Shown here: piece by piece, positions 9,846-17,631 of the stretch | Layout of the letters: every line of letters starts with the position of its first letter | Numbering within the stretch: the first letter of the stretch is position 1 | From: a bacterium | GTDB taxonomy: Bacteria > Verrucomicrobiota > Kiritimatiellia > CAIKKV01 > CAITUY01 | Length of the DNA: 56,753 bases | Direction: 5' to 3' | NCBI GenBank assembly: GCA_037141135.1 | Contig: JBAXDB010000003.1 | Span: 1-56,753, forward strand | Position numbers and translations under genes: made by a program | Notes under the pieces: model-generated | Seen by the model: the letters and a program-made list of their open reading frames with translations, nothing else | Told to the model about the DNA's origin: nothing | Database searches by the model: none

Positions 9846-11606
9846 CGACTCATGCGGGGTGGATTCTTCCATGAATCGATACAGGGTTGCACGAGACACT
9901 CCCAATGCCTTGGCCGCCTCAACTTTGTTCCCGCCTGCCTTTTCGATTGAGTCATGCACCATCTGCTGAGTCAGGCGTTGTTTTCCCTTGGGAGGGATGA
10001 CTGCTGAGGAAGTGACCGCAGTTAACGGCATGGTTTTAAGCGCAATCGGGGGTAAATGCTCCAGCAAAATAACGCCGGCCTTACACTTGATCAGTGCAAA
10101 CTGAATCCAATTCTGAAGTTCCCGCACATTTCCGGGCCAGTTGTAACTCAACATGAAATCCATAGCATCTGGAGAAAAAGTCAGGGGTTTGCCACCGGAC
10201 AATAGCTTGAGGAAGTGGTTTGCAAGCAAGGGAATATCAGTACGCCGCTCACGCAATGGCGGCAATGTAAGCGGAACAACGCTGAGCCGGTAAAACAGAT
10301 CTTCCCTGAATTTACCGGCAGCCATTTCTTTAATCAGGTCGCGATGGGTGGCGCTAATGACACGGACATTGACCTTGATAGTTTTCTCGCTCCCCACCTG
10401 CTCAAACCGGCCTTCTTGCAGTACCCGCAGCAATTTAACCTGCATGGCGGGTGAAATATCGCCAATTTCATCCAGAAATATCGTACCCCCGTCCGCTAGT
10501 TCAAAACGCCCCTTCTTATCACGTATGGCCCCCGTGAATGCCCCTTTTACATGGCCAAAGAGTTCGCTTTCAAGCAACCCTTCCGGCAAAGCGCCACAAT
10601 TCACCGGCACAAACATCTTATTCGCACGGGGTCCTTCATTATGGAGCGCAACGGCGACCAATTCCTTGCCTGTCCCGCTCTCACCCTGCACAAGGACTGG
10701 CGCAGAGGATTCTGCCAGCTCAGGAATAATATCATAAAGGGCCAGCATCTTGGGATCGCGCCCCACAATTCCGCTGAACTGTTCAATCTCACCCAGGCGG
10801 CGGGCCAACTGAATCTCCACGGTCAGATCCCGGAAACAGGCCAGGACCCCGACCGGTGCTCCCTTTGCATTATGCATTACATCGAGATTCATGTGAATCC
10901 GGCGGAGCTCGCCACTGCGGGTGACAATCTGGAGCTCCTTGCTGATCGCACTTTCAGGCAGAACGCCTCCCTCGCAAAATGAACATTTCGCTCCGCACAA
11001 GCCATTCGGCAACACCTCATGGCAGTCACGATTTAACAGCTCTTCCCGCTTATATCCGGTGATCCGCTCCGCGGCCGCGTTGAAGTAAAAGACCCGGCGC
11101 TTTAAATCATGGGCGATCACTCCCTCGGAGAGATGATCCAGGACAAGATCAGACTCATGTTTCGAGGCAAGAAATGCCGCTAAATACCCATGCGAATAAA
11201 AATCATCAACCAGGCGCTTCAGCACATCACGTGCTTCACGGAATGCCTGCAGGCGCCATTCCGTATCCCCCTTCAGGGTGGAGGGTTCAGGGATGTTCCA
11301 CTGCAGTTTCTGGGGGTTTCCAGGCAACATCCGACTCGCTTCAGCGGCCTCCCCGGTCAAGGCCACCATCACATCCAACTCGCAATTCCCAAGATTGGCT
11401 ATGCACTTTCCCTCGCGGGGCTGCGCGGAAACATGCACCTCTGATAAAACCCGCCAGACCAATGGGTCAACAGCGCCGGAATGCACCCCCGCATAACCTG
11501 CAACAATATTTTCCTGGCCGTTCGCATTGGCAAAGGCTGCGGCCATGGCACTGCAACTCGCATCATGCCAACCTACAAATAAAATTTGATCAACCTTCTC
11601 AGACAT
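9843..11606 (-). CDS. sigma54-dependent activator: degenerate ArsC/LMW-PTP-like domain + PAS + AAA+ + Fis HTH
   Basis: GESGTGKE, intact GAFTGA, FLDEI, WPGNVREL, AAKALGVSRATLYR; N-terminal ILFVGWHDASCSAMAAAF..WNIPEP..FREARD resembles the ArsC fold; start MSEKVDQ. Confidence 0.9.
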   Translation of the reverse strand: MSEKVDQILFVGWHDASCSAMAAAFANANGQENIVAGYAGVHSGAVDPLVWRVLSEVHVSAQPREGKCIANLGNCELDVMVALTGEAAEASRMLPGNPQKLQWNIPEPSTLKGDTEWRLQAFREARDVLKRLVDDFYSHGYLAAFLASKHESDLVLDHLSEGVIAHDLKRRVFYFNAAAERITGYKREELLNRDCHEVLPNGLCGAKCSFCEGGVLPESAISKELQIVTRSGELRRIHMNLDVMHNAKGAPVGVLACFRDLTVEIQLARRLGEIEQFSGIVGRDPKMLALYDIIPELAESSAPVLVQGESGTGKELVAVALHNEGPRANKMFVPVNCGALPEGLLESELFGHVKGAFTGAIRDKKGRFELADGGTIFLDEIGDISPAMQVKLLRVLQEGRFEQVGSEKTIKVNVRVISATHRDLIKEMAAGKFREDLFYRLSVVPLTLPPLRERRTDIPLLANHFLKLLSGGKPLTFSPDAMDFMLSYNWPGNVRELQNWIQFALIKCKAGVILLEHLPPIALKTMPLTAVTSSAVIPPKGKQRLTQQMVHDSIEKAGGNKVEAAKALGVSRATLYRFMEESTPHES

Positions 11607-11631
11607 AACTTTGCTTTCTAGTTTTGCGACC

Positions 11632-12903
11632 TTACGCCTCCAGATACCCGCGTTCAACAGCATCCTGAATAAGAGCTTCTGCGAATTGCCACAAGGGCCG
11701 CGACCCATCTTGAACATGCCGGTTTCGATCCAGGACCTTGGAACGGGTCACGCCATGGTCCCGCCACACAACACCCTGGGTAAAATAATTGTGCATCAGG
11801 GGCTGAACCCGGTCCAGCGCTGCGGCAAATTGAGCCTCCGGGGTCAGTCGTTTCTCAAATTCCTCCCACAAAGCATGAAACTCAGCCTGCTGCTCAGCAG
11901 GTAATAGCCCGAAAATCCGGGTGGCCGCCAACTTTTCACGGGCCAGCTTATCAACATTCCCCTTTTCGTCGTAGCAATAAGTGTCGCCCGCATCAATTTC
12001 GACAATATCATGAATGAGCACCATTTTGATGACGCGGGCCAGATCCATGGCAGGCACATTGGCATACTCCTTGAGGAGTACCGCCATGACAGCCAGATGC
12101 CAGGAATGCTCAGCATCATTCTCAAAACGAGACCCATCCAGCAATAACGTGCGGCGGGAAACCCTTTTCAACTTGTCAATTTCACGGATGAAGGCCAATT
12201 GCTGTGCAAGCCTGGCATCGCCAGCCCCCTCCCATACGAGGCCGCAATCAATCTTGGCCGGTTGGCCGGGTTTACCGGCCCGCTCTTCCACCCATTCAAC
12301 AATACGCTCCCCGACCTCCCGCTTGGACATCAGGGGCAACGGCAGCGGAACCGCCGTTTTCGTGATCAATACGACCCGATTCGTGTCCACATCAAATCCG
12401 GCGTCCGCTTGGGTCACATCATTGGCAACGATCATATCGAGGCCCTTGGCATCCAGCTTCCGGCGGGCCTCCGCTTCCACTTCAAAGGTTTCCGCGGCAA
12501 ACCCGACCACCACCCGTTTACCCTTTCGCGGCTTGATGGTCATTAGGATATCCGCCGTCGGCTCCAGCCTAAGCTCCGGCCCGGTATTTAGCTTCTTCAG
12601 CTTTTGATCACAAATCACCACGGGCCGCCAATCCGAAACCGCCGCCGCCATAATGAGTGCATCACTGGCTTCCAGATGACTTTCAACGGCGACCAGCATC
12701 TCTGCAGCCGAAACGACAGAGACCAACCGGACAGCAGGCGGTGCGGGAATCGACACGGGCCCGGAAATGAGCACAACATCGTGCCCGCGGGCCCGGGCCG
12801 CCGCGGCAATCGCGTAGCCCATCTTCCCGGAGGATCGATTGCTGATAAACCGTACCGGATCCAAATACTCACGGGTCGGTCCTGCTGTGACGATCATTCT
12901 CAT
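11632..12903 (-). CDS. coaB: Phosphopantothenate-cysteine ligase CoaB fused to a YfbR/HDDC2-like HD phosphohydrolase
   Basis: TAGPTREYLDPVRFISNRSSGKMG, AAAVSD, GFAAET, IVANDV; C-terminal DKLKRVSR..ENDAEHSWH..IHDIVEIDAGD..LDRVQP. Confidence 0.88.
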   Translation of the reverse strand: MRMIVTAGPTREYLDPVRFISNRSSGKMGYAIAAAARARGHDVVLISGPVSIPAPPAVRLVSVVSAAEMLVAVESHLEASDALIMAAAVSDWRPVVICDQKLKKLNTGPELRLEPTADILMTIKPRKGKRVVVGFAAETFEVEAEARRKLDAKGLDMIVANDVTQADAGFDVDTNRVVLITKTAVPLPLPLMSKREVGERIVEWVEERAGKPGQPAKIDCGLVWEGAGDARLAQQLAFIREIDKLKRVSRRTLLLDGSRFENDAEHSWHLAVMAVLLKEYANVPAMDLARVIKMVLIHDIVEIDAGDTYCYDEKGNVDKLAREKLAATRIFGLLPAEQQAEFHALWEEFEKRLTPEAQFAAALDRVQPLMHNYFTQGVVWRDHGVTRSKVLDRNRHVQDGSRPLWQFAEALIQDAVERGYLEA

Positions 12904-12920
12904 TGTATTGCGCAGCTTGC

Positions 12921-13805
12921 TCAGCGTGCGTCAAATTCCCGGATCTTCTCACGCACAGTGGCTTCGGCCTCGTTATAGATCTCCTGAATCATGGGATCAT
13001 TGAAACAATAGACCCGCTCTTCAAACGCGGTGGTCCTGATGCGGTCAAACAGGCGCTGACGGGCGACATCGATATCCTTGCCATAAATATGAAATGAATC
13101 CGCCTGCCAATTGAGGCGCCCCAGATTGACCGTCCGCCCGGCACGTCGTGAAATTTCAGCGGCAATCACATCCCTGTTAAACAGGGTCAACCCGAACATA
13201 TTCATGAAGTTGGCGCCCCATGCATCATTACTCCGGAAGCGGATATTACAATTCAACCACCAGACGCCTTCCTGGTCTTCGAGAATGCGATACCATAGCG
13301 ACTGCAAACAAGGCGGGTCATAACAATCCAAATCCACGTGAGGCATCCAGGTGATCATCTGGGCCTGCCGGGTAAACGGCTGTTTCACCAACTTATTAAC
13401 GACGGCGTCAATCTGGTTGATTTTGAAATAACCGGCTTCCACCGATTCATAATTCCGCAGTTCCTTGACTGCGCCATAATTCGCCAGACGTCCGTGGTAG
13501 GTGTATTCCCACCGTGTGTCGGCCTGATCATTCATGTTTTTGACCCAATGATCCTTGGCTCCTTGCAGTTCCATCACATATTCCCGAAGGTCCTCGATGC
13601 CGCCCGGAAAGGCCTTGTGGATCATGGGATCGGCCAGGGGATCAAGAACAGTTATGTTCATGGTCGAGTCGAGGCTGGCGGGATCCCCGGTCTTGTCATA
13701 CTGGGTGCGGAACCGGGTCCCGTTTTCATTTAACGCACACAAGGCCATTTCATAGGCTTCCGCCAGCGATTTCCCCGCCACATGAAGAACCGGAATATTT
13801 TCCAT
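12921..13805 (-). CDS. thyA: Thymidylate synthase, archaeal-style ThyA family
   Basis: YTYHGRL, TRQAQ, PPCL catalytic Cys, RSND..N, SFHIY motifs. Confidence 0.8.
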   Translation of the reverse strand: MENIPVLHVAGKSLAEAYEMALCALNENGTRFRTQYDKTGDPASLDSTMNITVLDPLADPMIHKAFPGGIEDLREYVMELQGAKDHWVKNMNDQADTRWEYTYHGRLANYGAVKELRNYESVEAGYFKINQIDAVVNKLVKQPFTRQAQMITWMPHVDLDCYDPPCLQSLWYRILEDQEGVWWLNCNIRFRSNDAWGANFMNMFGLTLFNRDVIAAEISRRAGRTVNLGRLNWQADSFHIYGKDIDVARQRLFDRIRTTAFEERVYCFNDPMIQEIYNEAEATVREKIREFDAR

Positions 13806-13903
13806 TCAAACGACTCCTTTGCTGAATTACTCGACCTCACAGGTTCAGCCCGAATTATGGCGGGTCTTTTTCAAATGGAAAGCTCTTTTAGAATCTTTGG
13901 GCA

Positions 13904-13931
13904 TTGACGTCACCCCCATAACCAGTAAAGT
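13904..13931 (+). promoter_or_regulatory. sigma70-type promoter, probably giving a leaderless crp/fnr mRNA
   Basis: TTGACG-16 bp-TAAAGT with ATG 7 nt downstream and no RBS. Confidence 0.45.
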
Positions 13932-13937
13932 CGAGTC

Positions 13938-14573
13938 ATGATTAAGGGGTATCAATTTCTTGCTGAAAGCAGTTTCTTCAAAGAACTGTCGCGCGAAAGC
14001 GTTAAGGCACTCGCCGCAATCTGTTCTGTGCAAGAATTGAAGAAGCGAAGCTACCTGTTTCGGGAAGGCGAGCCCGGGCGTGCTATTTTCCTTTTGCGCC
14101 GGGGTGCCATCCAGCTGCACAAGACAGCACCCGACGGCAGCGAAGTCGTTATCAAAATCGTCCAACCCAGCGAGGTGTTCGCCGAAGTTGTTCTTTTTGA
14201 GCGCGAGAATTACCCGGTGACCGCCGTGGCACTGGCCGACAGCGATCTAATCGTCTTTCCGCGGGCCGACGTTCATCACCTGCTCAACGCCGAAGGGTTC
14301 CGCAACGATTTCATTGCCATGTTGATGCGGAAACAACGATATCTGGCCGAACGGATCGTTCAACAGCAGGCGCATGATGTGGAAGGCCGGTTACTCTGGT
14401 TTCTGAAGGAGCAGTTTGGCAATCAGAAAACAGTCACCCTCTCCATTTCCAAGAAAGACATTGCCGGCGCCATCGGAACCACCCCGGAGACCCTGTCCCG
14501 GTTGATCCTGAAGTTGAAAAACCGCAAACTTCTGACGTGGACAGGGAAAACCCTGACCCGGTTGGACCAGTAG
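13938..14573 (+). CDS. Crp/Fnr family transcriptional regulator
   Basis: cNMP-binding fold (LFREGE..FAEVVLF..YPVTAVA) and HTH IAGAIGTTPETLSR; no FNR Cys cluster. Confidence 0.92.
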   Translation: MIKGYQFLAESSFFKELSRESVKALAAICSVQELKKRSYLFREGEPGRAIFLLRRGAIQLHKTAPDGSEVVIKIVQPSEVFAEVVLFERENYPVTAVALADSDLIVFPRADVHHLLNAEGFRNDFIAMLMRKQRYLAERIVQQQAHDVEGRLLWFLKEQFGNQKTVTLSISKKDIAGAIGTTPETLSRLILKLKNRKLLTWTGKTLTRLDQ

Positions 14574-14602
14574 GCAGCGAGCAGTTGGCAGAGGGGCAGT
14601 AA
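14574..14602. repeat. GCAGnnn heptamer tandem array
   Basis: gcagcga gcagttg gcagagg g gcagtaa immediately after the crp stop, between convergent genes. Confidence 0.55.
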
Positions 14603-14628
14603 GTGTCCCGATTCCCTCAACGATTCCA

Positions 14629-17094
14629 CTAAATGAACATCGTCACATTGGATTGATCGGCTTCGCCCAGGAAAGTGGCCACGCCGCCATACTCAAGGCC
14701 ATCAACGAGTTCCTCAGGCTTGATGCCCATCACATCCATTGACATCGTACAGACGACCAGTTTGGCTCCGGCAAACCGGGCAGAGGCAATCAGCGCCGGC
14801 AGCGCCTCGACATTTTTCTTTTTCATGACCATTTTCATCATGGCCGTCCCCATACCCATCATATTCATTTTAGAAAGCGTCAAAGCTTCCGATCCCTTTG
14901 GCATCATCCAGCCAAACATCTTGTCGAGTATACTTTTACCCGAAGCCTGCGGCCCGGGCTTACGCAGGGCATTGATTCCCCAGAAGGTGAAAAAGAGGGA
15001 AACCTTGCTCCCCATTGCCAGCGCCCCATTGGCTATCACAAAGCCTGCCATGACTTTATCCAGATCGTTGGAGAATATGACAAAGGTCTTCTGATCCTTC
15101 GGGGTACCGTTCCCGCCCGCCGGGACCGCGGGAGCCCCGCTCTTGCGAATCAAGGTCACAACCCGCGCTCCATCACGTTTGATGTTCAGGATTTCATGAC
15201 CATTGCGAAGACACCACGCAGGCGCGTCCGTGAGAAAGCCCGGATCTGTGGCGCATATTTGAAGATGATCACCCGCCAGAAGCTTGTCCATTTCCTCTTT
15301 CAGCCGCTTAATCGGCCCCGGACATTGTAACCCACAACAATCGACCTCAACCGTTTTCCCGGCAGTCACAGGCGCGAGCACGGGGGGGGCCTCGGCATAT
15401 GGGAGTAAGGGTTTTGGCTTCTCATGGCTGGCGGGATCCTTACATACCGACTCCTCGTGGACGCTACAGAAGGTCAGCGAACCACCCGCCAATGTGGCAA
15501 GCTTCGTGATCCCCCGCTGCCGCAACAGGCGATATGCCAGATAACTGCGGAAGCCCACCTTGCAATAGAGATACACCATTCGATCCCTGGGGATTTTGTC
15601 CAGTTGTGAGCGAAGTTTCCCCAGAGGAATATTAACGGCTCCGGGAATATGCCAGAGCTCATATTCCTGAGGGCTCCTGACGTCCAGAATCAGGCCATCC
15701 GCTGTTTTAGCAGGAAAGGCTTCGGCATACCACAGGACTAGATCACCACGGAGCAGGTTATCGCCAATAAAACCGGCCATATTAACCGGATCCTTGGCCG
15801 AGGCATAGGGAGGAGCATACGCCAACTCCAGATGCTGAAGCTGAGAGATCGTCATGCCCGCCCGAATCGCTGTGGCAAACACATCCAGTCGTTTATCAAC
15901 TCCGTCGTATCCCACAACCTGAGCCCCGAGCAAGGTGCCGGTGCCCGGTTCAAACAACACCTTCATGTGCATTTGCGCGGATCCCGGGTAATAACCCGCA
16001 TGTCCGGATGGGTGCAAATAAATCTTATGGAAGGCCCGTCCGTTTTTCTTGAGGGATTTTTCCGAGGCACCCGTACCGCCTCCGGTCATGTCAAACACCT
16101 TCACAATCGCCGTGCCCTGCGTGGATGAATACGTGGTATCGCGGCCACAGATGTTTTCCCCCACAATGCGTCCCTGTCGGTTTGCCGGACCGGCGAGCGG
16201 AATCAAAGACGGCTGACCGGTTACGCTATCCACCACTTCAACGGCATCGCCCGCCGCATAAATATCCGGATCCGAGGTCCGCATATGCGCATCGACCTGA
16301 ATGCCGCCGCGGGCTCCCAGCGTCAAGCCGGCGGTACGGGCTAAGGCCGTGTCCGGCCGAACCCCAGCCGCGAGAATGGCGAGATCCGCGGAAAGAACCG
16401 ACGCATTCGTCAATTCTACCGCAATTTGGCCGGCTACCTCCCGAAATGCGGCGGCCGCCAATCCCAGGTGCAATTTGATGCCATGATCGGCCATATGGAC
16501 TTCAAGATCCCTCGCCATTTCCCGATCCAATGGGGGGATAATTTGATCGGCCATCTCAACCAGTTCCACCTCAAGCCCACGCTCACGCAAATTCTCAGCC
16601 ATCTCAACGCCAATATAGCCCCCACCGATGACCACTGCTTTCCGGGCGCCCCCCCTGTCAACAACCCCCTTGATCAGGTCCATGTCCTCAATGTTACGCA
16701 GAACACAGACACGGGGGTGGTCAATCCCAGCCAGATTGGGGCGGATCGGCACCGCCCCGGGCGCCAGCACAAGCTTGTCGTAAGACTCATCATATTCACG
16801 GCCTGAACCCAATTCCACCACCTGCACAGTGCGCCGCCGGCGATCAATGCCACGCGCTTCATGCCCCACACGGACATCAAGATTCAACGATGCCTTCAGG
16901 CTTGCAGGGGTCTGAAGCAGTAGATTATCGCGCTCCTTAATGATACCCCCCACATGATACGGCAAACCACAATTGGCAAAAGAAACGTGTTTACTACGTT
17001 CCAAAACAACAATCTCGGCAGATTCGTCCAACCGTCTCGCACGGGCCGCCGCCGACATTCCCGCCGCCACACCACCAATGACTAGTATCTTCAT
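14629..17094 (-). CDS. CoA-disulfide/persulfide reductase fused to rhodanese, TusA and DsrE domains
   Basis: GGVAAG, SFANCGLPY redox Cys, GGGYIG, YAPPY; rhodanese YCKVGFRSY; TusA DCCGLQCPGP; DsrE FFTFWG..CTMSMDVMG. Confidence 0.92.
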   Translation of the reverse strand: MKILVIGGVAAGMSAAARARRLDESAEIVVLERSKHVSFANCGLPYHVGGIIKERDNLLLQTPASLKASLNLDVRVGHEARGIDRRRRTVQVVELGSGREYDESYDKLVLAPGAVPIRPNLAGIDHPRVCVLRNIEDMDLIKGVVDRGGARKAVVIGGGYIGVEMAENLRERGLEVELVEMADQIIPPLDREMARDLEVHMADHGIKLHLGLAAAAFREVAGQIAVELTNASVLSADLAILAAGVRPDTALARTAGLTLGARGGIQVDAHMRTSDPDIYAAGDAVEVVDSVTGQPSLIPLAGPANRQGRIVGENICGRDTTYSSTQGTAIVKVFDMTGGGTGASEKSLKKNGRAFHKIYLHPSGHAGYYPGSAQMHMKVLFEPGTGTLLGAQVVGYDGVDKRLDVFATAIRAGMTISQLQHLELAYAPPYASAKDPVNMAGFIGDNLLRGDLVLWYAEAFPAKTADGLILDVRSPQEYELWHIPGAVNIPLGKLRSQLDKIPRDRMVYLYCKVGFRSYLAYRLLRQRGITKLATLAGGSLTFCSVHEESVCKDPASHEKPKPLLPYAEAPPVLAPVTAGKTVEVDCCGLQCPGPIKRLKEEMDKLLAGDHLQICATDPGFLTDAPAWCLRNGHEILNIKRDGARVVTLIRKSGAPAVPAGGNGTPKDQKTFVIFSNDLDKVMAGFVIANGALAMGSKVSLFFTFWGINALRKPGPQASGKSILDKMFGWMMPKGSEALTLSKMNMMGMGTAMMKMVMKKKNVEALPALIASARFAGAKLVVCTMSMDVMGIKPEELVDGLEYGGVATFLGEADQSNVTMFI

Positions 17095-17119
17095 TTTTAC
17101 ACCTTTGATCTTATATCTA

Positions 17120-17220
17120 CCTCAGGATTCAGAATTCAGTCGTCAGTATTCAGAACGCTGGACTTTACCTCACAACCGTTTTGATTCTGAATTCTGGATT
17201 CTGGATTCTGAATTCTGGCC
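17120..17220. repeat. Inverted pair of heptamer arrays (ATTCAGA / TCTGAAT-TCTGGAT)
   Basis: Five ~ATTCAGW units at 17120-17154 face five TCTGRAT units at 17186-17220; overlaps the arsR 3' end. Confidence 0.8.
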
Positions 17221-17532
17221 CCCTGCCTGTTTTCTTCTAATACAATCCAGAATGGTCAGGGCACTGGGATCATCAATTCCATACCACACTTCTTTGCCTT
17301 TACGAACCGCTCTCACCAACCCCGCCCGCCGCATCTGATTTAAATGCTGCGAGATAGTCGCCTGCGGAATCTGAAGACGCTCCATGATAAGATGCACCGG
17401 CAAATCCCCTTCTCTCTGGAGAATCTCAATCAACTTGAGCCGGCAGGGATGCGCCAGAATTTTCAGGGCTCCCGCCATCCTCTCCAAAAGCGCCATGGAC
17501 AATTCAGGAATACAGGCTTCATTCGTTTTCAT
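17170..17532 (-). CDS. ArsR/SmtB family repressor (persulfide-sensor-like)
   Basis: LKILAHPCRLKLI..PQATISQHLNQMRRAGLVRAVRKGKEVWY wHTH; Cys in helix 5 (ILDCI); start may be 17538. Confidence 0.9.
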   Translation of the reverse strand: MKTNEACIPELSMALLERMAGALKILAHPCRLKLIEILQREGDLPVHLIMERLQIPQATISQHLNQMRRAGLVRAVRKGKEVWYGIDDPSALTILDCIRRKQAGGQNSESRIQNSESKRL

Positions 17533-17538
17533 GCACAT

Positions 17539-17566
17539 AACATATCAATATATCCATATATGTCAA
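17539..17566 (-). promoter_or_regulatory. Promoter overlapped by a putative ArsR operator
   Basis: Minus strand TTGACA-16 bp-TATGTT; inverted repeat ACATAT-N12-ATATGT (17540-17563) spans the spacer. Confidence 0.65.
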
Positions 17567-17631
17567 TAATGAATCTTTTTCTAAGCTTGCCTGAATCGGG
17601 ACTGCGTCATAAGTTCTTTACCCATTATCTT

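Noticed and set aside
12921-13805. ThyA homologue as a phage-like dCMP hydroxymethylase/DNA modification system
   Set aside because: The specificity residue is Asn, and no kinase, glycosyltransferase or phage genes are adjacent
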